Assembly (NCBI GenBank): GCA_009914755.4
Contig: CP068257.2
Coordinates: 30,368,001-30,432,000, forward strand
Length of the DNA stretch: 64,000 nt
From: the human T2T-CHM13v2.0 reference genome, Homo sapiens
Reading direction: 5' to 3'
A program made the translations under genes and the position numbers. Of the stretch, positions 56,623-64,000 are shown in pieces (the first letter of the stretch is position 1; every line of letters begins with the position of its first letter). The notes beneath the pieces were generated by a model. It was given only the letters and a program-made list of their open reading frames with translations. It was not told where the DNA came from and did no database searches.

Positions 56623-57345
56623 AGATTGTTCTGTATCACCCCTTCAAGAGTTCTGCATTCTCTCAAAGGCTGCACAGCATTGAACGGGGCGGAATACCAC
56701 ATTTTAGGGGACCCGTCCTCTATTGCTGGAAATTTGGGAGAGAGCAGAGCCTTAGAGCCCATCCAGCCATATTCAGGCCAGTGGCCTTCCCTGGACAGGT
56801 GCTTCAGTGTCTGTCCCCAGGCTCCTCCTCTGTAAAGCAGATGGTTGGGGAGATGATCACAGCCTACTTTCTGGCTGCCAGGTATTCGGGTCTACTCCTC
56901 CTAAATGATTCTTCCTGTATGTTTTACGTGGGGGTCGAGGGGATAGGAGAGGGTGGCCCTGACTTCCCCTGCTTCCTGACGGGGTCACAGATTGATGGTG
57001 GTTTGCATGTGTGGGAGGGAAGTGTGAGAAGAGGCAGAGGATCTTGATGCATTTGATGAAAGCCAGAGAAGAGGGCTGAGGAAGCTTTCTGAATGAGGTC
57101 CAGATGGCTGAACACTCAGGCACCAACTGCCACGTCCAAACCAAGGGCTTGGGGTGTTGGATGGAGCAAGTGTCCAGATGTCTGCTGCTTGCAGCATTGC
57201 CCCCTCTGAGAAGCAAAGCAGGATTGTCCCCAGCCTTCAGAAGTTCTGGCTTGCTTTTCGACTTCTTGCCTTTGCTTTTATAATCCTCTCAGCGACCTCC
57301 ATGACTTACTAAGGTTTCTGAAATAAAAACCAGATGCCTGATGTC

Positions 57346-57605
57346 TTAGGCCTATGAAAGCTTTCCTAAAACTCCTTCTGAGCTGCTAAAGTCTCAGGCT
57401 GCTAGTGACTCGGAGGTGCTCAAAAACTCTGCAGCAAAAAGCAAGTGTCATAATATTATTCTCTAGCCTGGGTTAATTATAGTGATTTTTCTCTATTCAA
57501 GGCAGCTAGAAAATCCTCTGTGGCATGCAAAGATCTAGGTTGCTGGGATCTGGGTGCATCTTGCATTTATTGTCTTCCCTCTAGCTTTGGTTTTCTCAGC
57601 CTCCA
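57346..57605 (+). repeat. copy A of a ~260-bp inverted low-copy duplication (partner at 60315-60578)
   Basis: TTAGGCCTATGAAAGCTTTCCTAAAACTCCTTCTGAGCTGCTAAAGTCTCAGGCTGCTAGTGACTCGGAGGTGCTCAAAAACTCTGCAGCAAAAAGCAAGTGTCATAATATTATTCTCTAGCCTGGGTTAATTATAGTGATTTTTCTCTATTCAAGGCAGCTAGAAAATCCTCTGTGGCATGCAAAGATCTAGGTTGCTGGGATCTGGGTGCATCTTGCATTTATTGTCTTCCCTCTAGCTTTGGTTTTC. Confidence 0.75.
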
Positions 57606-58230
57606 GGGAGAGGCCACTGTCTTTCTACCTTTAGGTTACCTCAGGCTAGGTTTGTACAGACACCTATCCATCTCACTGTAAGCCACTCTGACCTCATCCA
57701 CTGGCAGAGCTAGCAAATTCCAGAGCTTTAATAGGGGACTGATCAGCATAGGGTGCAGCAACGTATGTCCAAAGTGTCTTCCCCAACTTGTCCTTCTCAC
57801 CTGGAAATGGTTCCTTTTTATTTGTAAGAGCAAAGTTTTCAGACACCAAAACCATCAGCCAAGGCGTGGGGGGTACACATGGCAGAGAGTCTGGGGCCAG
57901 GAGACTTACTTACCTTCTGGCCTGGGCTCAGCATGAAAGTTCTCGATCTTAGCCTCCACCAATACAGACATTGACTTTCTGAGCCCCAGTTTACCCATAT
58001 AATTATTCAACCACAGGCTGAGGCTCCAGAGGGGAAGCAGGAACAGCCCAAACTCTAAAAAGGCTCGCCGTTTAGGACGGGAGGCAAACACTCACACAAG
58101 GGTTCGAAGGCATTTTAGGTGCTTCGACAGAAGTACATAGGGGTGACCATGAAAACGCAGTGGGGGAAAACTCAGTTCTCTCTGTCTGGGGAGACACACA
58201 AGACACAAGTGCAATTATGTTGAAAGGTGA

Positions 58231-58530
<300 letters not shown>

Positions 58531-58922
58531 AGAAAGGTGAGAGGGCATTTACCCAGTGACAGGAAGGGGAGGACATTCTTGGAAGGGACGGATGAGCAAA
58601 ACCCAGAACTGTGAAGAGCCTGGCAGGCCTGGGAAACTGCAGGAGGCTTAGCATGGCTGGAGCAAGGGGCACAATAGGCAATGTGGGGAGGGAGGCGGGG
58701 CCAGGGGAGGGGCTTCGACACCACTCTTAGGGCAGAGGCTGTCACCCAGGGACGATTTCGCCATGCCTGAAGACGTCTTTGACTATCACTTCCAGGGAGT
58801 TGGAATGCTACTGGCATCTAATAGGTGAAGGTCAGGGATTCTGTTAAACGCACAGAACAGCCCCTACAACAAAGAATTATTCAGCCCCATATATCAATAG
58901 CGCCGAGGTTGAGAACCTTACT

Positions 58923-59275
58923 GTATTAGTCCGTTCTCACACTGCTACTAAAGACATACCCGAGACTGGGTAATTTATAAAGAAAAGAGATTTAATGGAC
59001 TCACAGTTCCACATGGCTGGGGAGGCCTCACAATCATGGCAGAAGATGAAGGAACAGCAAAGGGACTTCTTACATGGCAGTGGGCAGGAAAGCTTGTGCA
59101 GGGGAATTCTCATTTATAAAACCATCAGATCTTGTGAAACTTATTCACTTCTTCTATAACAGTAGGGGGGAACTGCCCCATCATTCAATTATCTTCACCT
59201 GGTCCCGCCCTTGACACACGAGGATTATTAAAATTTAAGGTGAGATTTGGGTGGGGACACAGCCAAACCATATCA
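58923..59275 (-). mobile_element. THE1-type MaLR solo LTR
   Basis: TGTATTAGTCCGTTCTCACACTGCTACTAAAGACATACCCGAGACTGGGTAATTTATAAAGAAAAGAGATTTAATGGACTCACAGTTCCACATGGCTGGGGAGGCCTCACAATCATGGCAGAAGATGAAGG..CTTGTGCAGGGGAATTCTCATTTATAAAACCATCAGATCTTGTGAAACTTATTCAC..TTAAGGTGAGATTTGGGTGGGGACACAGCCAAACCATATCA. TSD CTTAC / CTTAT. Confidence 0.8.
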
Positions 59276-59955
59276 CTTATTCTCAGGGTAATGGGGACTG
59301 CTGGGGGGTTTTAAGCTGGGGATTGGCGCTCCCAGCTTTTTTCTTAGGAAGATGACTGTAGTAGCACCACAGCACATAATCAGAGGGGAAAACCCTGGCA
59401 GAAGGAAGATCATTTCAGGCAGGAGCTGTTATGCCTTCAGGTAGGAGTTGCCCAACTGCGACCCATGGTCCAAATCTGGCTTGTCATCTGTTTTTGCAGG
59501 TCTACAAGCTAAGAGTGCATTTTACATTTTTTAGTGGTTGAACAAAATCAAAAGAAGAATAATGTGTCACGTAAAAATTATATAAAATTCAACTTTCAAT
59601 GTTCATACATAGTTTTATTGGAACTCAGCCACTCTTATTTATTTACACATTATTTAGAGCTGTTTTTGCCCTACAGTGATAGAATTGAGTAGTTGCAACA
59701 GAGACTGTATGGCCTGTAAAGCCTAAAATATTTACTATTTGGCCCTTTATAGAGGAAGTTGGTCAGCCCCTGACTTAAACCAAGGCAACAGAGGTGAAGA
59801 TGACAGAAAGATATAGGCCCAGGAGTGATGTAAGAGGAGTACCATTAATGGACTTGGCCAGTGATTGATTATGGGGTGAGGAAAGGAGATCATTTTCTAG
59901 CTTGGGAGCTTTGGTAAGAGAGAAAAAAGAGCCAGGTTTTAGGATTTAAAGACAG

Positions 59956-60255
59956 GTTGGCTAGGTGAAGTGGCTCATGCCTGTAGTCCCAGTAATTTGG
60001 GAGGCAAAGGCAAATAGATTGCTTGAGCCCAGGAGTTCGTGATCTGCCTGGGCAACATGGAGAGACCTGGTCTTTACAAAAAATACAAAAATTATCTGGG
60101 TGTGGTGGCATGTGCTTGTAGTCCCAGCTACTCAGGAGGCTGAGACAGGAGGATCACTTGAGCCCAGGAGGTTGAGGCTGCAGTGAGTTGTGATCGTGCC
60201 ATTGCACTTCTGCCCAGATGGCAGAGCAAGACCCTGTCTCAAAAAAATACAATAA
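59956..60255 (+). mobile_element. Alu SINE (older, diverged)
   Basis: GGTTGGCTAGGTGAAGTGGCTCATGCCTGTAGTCCCAGTAATTTGGGAGGCAAAGGCAAATAGATTGCTTGAGCCCAGGAGTTCGTGATCTGCCTGGGCAACATGGAGAGACCTGGTCTTTACAAAAAATACAAAAATTATCTGGGTGTGGTGGCATGTGCTTGTAGTCCCAGCTACTCAGGAGGCTGAG through GACCCTGTCTCAAAAAAATACAATAAAGAC. Confidence 0.85.
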
Positions 60256-60314
60256 AGACTTAGGTTTTGGACATGTTGGGTTTGAAGTAACTGTGAGATG
60301 ACTAGGCCAACCTA

Positions 60315-60578
60315 TAAAAGGAAAACCAAAGCTAGTGGGAAGACAATAAATGCAAGATGCTCCCAGATCCCAGCAACCTTAATCCTTGCATGCCATAGAG
60401 GATTTTCTAGCTGCCTTGAATAGAGAAAAATCACTATAATTAACCCAGGCTAGAGAATAATATTATGACACTTGCTTTTTGCAGCAGAGTTTTTGAGCAC
60501 CTCTGAGTCACCAGCAGCCTGGGACTTCAGTGGCTCAGAAGGAGTTTCAGAAAAGTATTCACAGGCCTAACCCATACA
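60315..60578 (-). repeat. copy B (reverse complement) of the ~260-bp inverted low-copy duplication
   Basis: The reverse complement of 60315-60578 reads TTAGGCCTGTGAATACTTTTCTGAAACTCCTTCTGAGCCACTGAAGTCCCAGGCTGCTGGTGACTCAGAGGTGCTCAAAAACTCTGCTGCAAAAAGCAAGTGTCATAATATTATTCTCTAGCCTGGGTTAATTATAGTGATTTTTCTCTATTCAAGGCAGCTAGAAAATCCTCTATGGCATGCAAGGATTAAGGTTGCTGGGATCTGGGAGCATCTTGCATTTATTGTCTTCCCACTAGCTTTGGTTTTC. This is about 93% identical to 57346-57605. Confidence 0.75.
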
Positions 60579-60915
60579 CAGGACTGGGGCATAGGAAAGA
60601 CGCACAGGTTGGAAATGAATATTAACAAATCTTCAGCCTGTGGAGTTGAGATGAAGCCAGGACAGCACATGACATGGCCTAAGACAATGGGTTGTCCTTG
60701 TGTAGGTAACAGCACCCTGGAGGAATCTTTTGAAAGCTTTGGCTTTCTCCTCAGAACAATAACACACTCAAAAATCGTCATATGGCTTCTGGTTCTGGAA
60801 TCATGGGTTTCACGAAGTCCTGGACTCAAAATTAAGAACTTTTGACCTAGAATGAATTTATGAGTCAAAGGAAGGCCAAGCACAGGTAGATGGGCACATC
60901 AACATGCAAGGCATG

Positions 60916-61035
60916 GGCAGAGGGAGGGAGCCCACGTAGGAGACTGAGAGGGGCTGGATGGAAAGAGAGGAAGAGGGCAGAGGGAGGGAGCCCATGTAGG
61001 AGACTGAGAGGGGCTGGATGGAAAGAGAGGAAGAG
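60916..61035. repeat. 60-bp tandem duplication, 2 copies
   Basis: CAGAGGGAGGGAGCCCACGTAGGAGACTGAGAGGGGCTGGATGGAAAGAGAGGAAGAGGG then the same unit with CCCATGT. The minus ORF 60858..61079 shows the repeated SLSIQPLSVSY(M/V)GSLPLP peptide as a consequence. Confidence 0.85.
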
Positions 61036-61430
61036 AACAGAGGTGCTCTAAAAACCAAGCAAAGAAAAGCATGTGCCAAGAATGGATGGAAGGATCAACG
61101 GTGTTCTAGCTGCAGAGAATTAAGCCACATGGGCTGATGAGAGTCTACTGGGGATTTAAGCGTGGTGGTCATGGGTAAGCTTTGCCTGAACCTCTCTGGG
61201 GAAGGGGGAGGTGGAGACAGGGTAGGCTAACAACTGAGTGGGAAGTGAGGTGGAAGAGACATGAGTGCAGGCTCTTTTTTCAGGGGTTTGGGTATGAGGA
61301 AAGAGGAAGACTCCAGCAGGAGTAGTGGAAGGTGTGCAAAGAGCTGAAGGACGGACAGTTAGAGTGTACAGCTCATATTGTCTTAATCCCAGAAAGACTT
61401 GAGTTGTATAATATTTTGCCAATTACCAGC

Positions 61431-61804
61431 TGTATTAGTCTGTTTCCACGCTGCTGATAAAGACATACCTGAGACTGGGCAATTTATTAAAAAAAAAAGG
61501 TTTAATTGGACTCACAGTTCCACATGGCTGTGGAGGCCTCACAATCATGGCAGAAGGCAAGGAGGAGTAAGTCATGTCTTACATGGATGGTGGCAGGCAA
61601 AAAGATTGAGAGCTTGTGCAGGGAAACTCCCAGTTTTTAAAAGATCAAACCTCATGAGGCTCATTCACTGTTATGAGAGCAGCGCAGGAAAGACCCATCC
61701 CCATAATTCAATCACCTCCCCCCAGGTTCCTCCCATGACACATGGAATTGTGGGAGTTACAATTCAAGATGAGATTTGTGGGGGGACACAGCAAAACCTT
61801 ATCA
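61431..61804 (-). mobile_element. THE1-type MaLR solo LTR
   Basis: TGTATTAGTCTGTTTCCACGCTGCTGATAAAGACATACCTGAGACTGGGCAATTTATTAAAAAAAAAAGGTTTAATTGGACTCACAGTTCCACATGGCTGTGGAGGCCTCACAATCATGGCAGAAGGCAAGGAGGAG..CTTGTGCAGGGAAACTCCCAGTTTTTAAAAGATCAAACCTCATGAGGCTCATTCAC..ATGAGATTTGTGGGGGGACACAGCAAAACCTTATCA. Exact 5-bp TSD CCAGC on both sides. Confidence 0.85.
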
Positions 61805-62604
61805 CCAGCCAACAGGGAGAGACTGAAAAGACAGTAGAGAGCAGAGAGAACTGAAGAACACAATTTTGGTCCTAAGGAAGATGGTACAGGCAGGTGCTGT
61901 GGTGGGGGGAGTCGGCAGGTCAAGAGGTTTCATTACTGTCCCCGAACCCCAGTTCCCACATTCCCCTTTCCCTATCAGGCAACACCTCACCTGCCAGACT
62001 GACTTCAGCTGAATGTCTGTGGGCTACTCTGGTCATTCCTGCCAATTTGGGATAGACACTGATCTGGCTGGAAATGGTTTTTGAACTTGCATCCAAAACA
62101 CATAGCCTAATTTGAATCTCACCAGAGAAGTCTGGCTCCAAAGCAATATTTGAACTCAAATTTATTGCTGCTATTAGCTCTTTCTAAGAGAATCATAAGT
62201 AGATGTTGATATTTTAATGACAGTTATGTCACTGGCTGGCATATTTAAAAGTAGTCATTTTAAGATGTTTCAACAGATCAGTCATGCACTGTGTCAAATG
62301 AGAGGTGCAAATTAGCAGTAAAATATATAACAAACTGTCCCTTTATAGGTATTGCCGAATTTGAGAAATCCAATAGAGGGGATATAAATTACTGTGACTG
62401 ATACATTAGCAGTCCATCAGTCTGCATATCCAGAGAATCTGCTAACATATTCCTATAAATACTGAGTGTGGGAGAATGCTCTTCTGGTGATTCCCAGTGA
62501 ACTGCACCTCCCAGAACTCACTTTAAATTTGGCCTTGCCTGGGCCTGCTTTAATGAGTCAAGTGTGTGGCAGAAGTGATACTGGGCCAATTCTAGATCTA
62601 CATC

Positions 62605-62974
<370 letters not shown>

Positions 62975-63249
62975 TAAGAAGTCCAGCTACCCTGAGATGT
63001 CATGCCAGGAGGAAAGCCCACACTCACCATGTGAAGAGGCCACAGCGGGAGAATCAAGGAACTACCCACTTCACACTGGGCAACCGTGACAGCCGAGGCC
63101 CCAGCTGATTACCCAGGTTGAGCCATTCTAGCCAGCTCTAGCTGGTCAATCTACCCAGGTTGACACCACGTGGAGCAAGACAAGCTCTCCCCATTGAACT
63201 CTTCCCAGATTGCAACATCTGGAGGGAATAATAAAATGATGGCTTAAGC

Positions 63250-63395
63250 CACTAAATTTTGAGTATATTGTTAGAGTATATTGTTTTGTAGCAATAAGTA
63301 TGAGCATATTGTTTGAGTATGAGTATGGGTATTATGAGTATTAGGTATGAGTATTATGTTTGAGTATATTGTTTTGCAGCAATAGGTAACAGAAA
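63250..63395. repeat. degenerate (GAGTAT)n-like tandem repeat bracketed by a ~30-bp direct repeat
   Basis: gagtatattgttagagtatattgttttgtagcaataagtatgagcatattgtttgagtatgagtatgggtattatgagtattaggtatgagtattatgtttgagtatattgttttgcagcaatagg. Confidence 0.5.
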
Positions 63396-63424
63396 CATGG
63401 CGCTTTCTGGCATGTTTTGCTTGT

Positions 63425-63548
63425 TTGTTTGTGGAGTTGGGGTCTCACTATGTTGCCCAGGCTGGTCTTGAACTCCTGGCCTCAAGCAATCCTCCTGCCT
63501 CAGCTTCCTGAGCAGCTGAAACTATAGGTATGAGCCACTGCACCCAGC
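63425..63548 (-). mobile_element. free left Alu monomer (FLAM-like) fragment
   Basis: GGAGTTGGGGTCTCACTATGTTGCCCAGGCTGGTCTTGAACTCCTGGCCTCAAGCAATCCTCCTGCCTCAGCTTCCTGAGCAGCTGAAACTATAGGTATGAGCCACTGCACCCAGC. No right-monomer sequence is attached. Confidence 0.5.
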
Positions 63549-64000
63549 ATTTGGTACATTTTAAATATGCAGAATGGGAGAGAGTCATGTACATGAAATG
63601 TTTGGAAAGGATTAGTCCATGAAGCTGGATCAGTTGGTTAGCCTGTGGTGGCGATGGGAGGGATAAAGTTAGATCTTTCACTTCAATCTAGATGAAAATT
63701 AATTCCAAATAATATTTGCACAACACTTCTGAAAAATGCTGTAAGACATGTCAGCCTGTATTTTCATCAGCTTTTAGTTTACTTCTGGGGATTTGGGAGT
63801 GGAAAGGGAGTGGGGGCATAAATAATGTATGTTCATTGCATAAAAATTCAAAAGTCCAGATGAGCAAAGAAGGAGAAAAATAAAAATTATCCATAATCTC
63901 ATCACATAGAGGTAACCACTGTTAGCATTTTTGTTTATATTCTTTCATGGTTTTTCCATATATTAATAATCATAAAAAATAGGCTCGTATTGTATAATTG

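Noticed and set aside
58923-61804. Two same-orientation THE1 LTRs 2.1 kb apart, considered as a full-length THE1 provirus (LTR-internal-LTR)
   Set aside because: Each LTR carries its own matching 5-bp TSD on both sides (CTTAC/CTTAT; CCAGC/CCAGC). The two outer flanks do not match each other, so these are two independent solo LTRs. The intervening sequence shows no recognisable THE1-internal motifs

Overview
The window reads as human (primate) nuclear DNA, not prokaryotic. It carries about 25 Alu SINEs, several with intact target-site duplications (TSDs). It carries primate L1 and ancient L1M fragments, many MaLR-type solo LTRs (THE1/MST and MLT1-like), two Tigger DNA-transposon relics, and MIR fragments. 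Simple repeats and minisatellites are frequent. Roughly half of the sequence is recognisable interspersed or tandem repeat, which fits an intronic or intergenic region. I found no protein-coding exon I can defend. The long ORFs in the six-frame track mostly fall in stop-codon-poor tandem repeats, L1 ORF remnants or GC-rich noise. Nothing here resembles a prokaryotic-style novel system such as a defence island, operon or CRISPR array. The interesting content is structural and is listed in the findings below. All repeat calls come from reading the sequence against remembered consensus motifs. Family names below the level of Alu, L1, THE1/MaLR, Tigger or MIR are approximate, and coordinates are good to about +/-10 bp.
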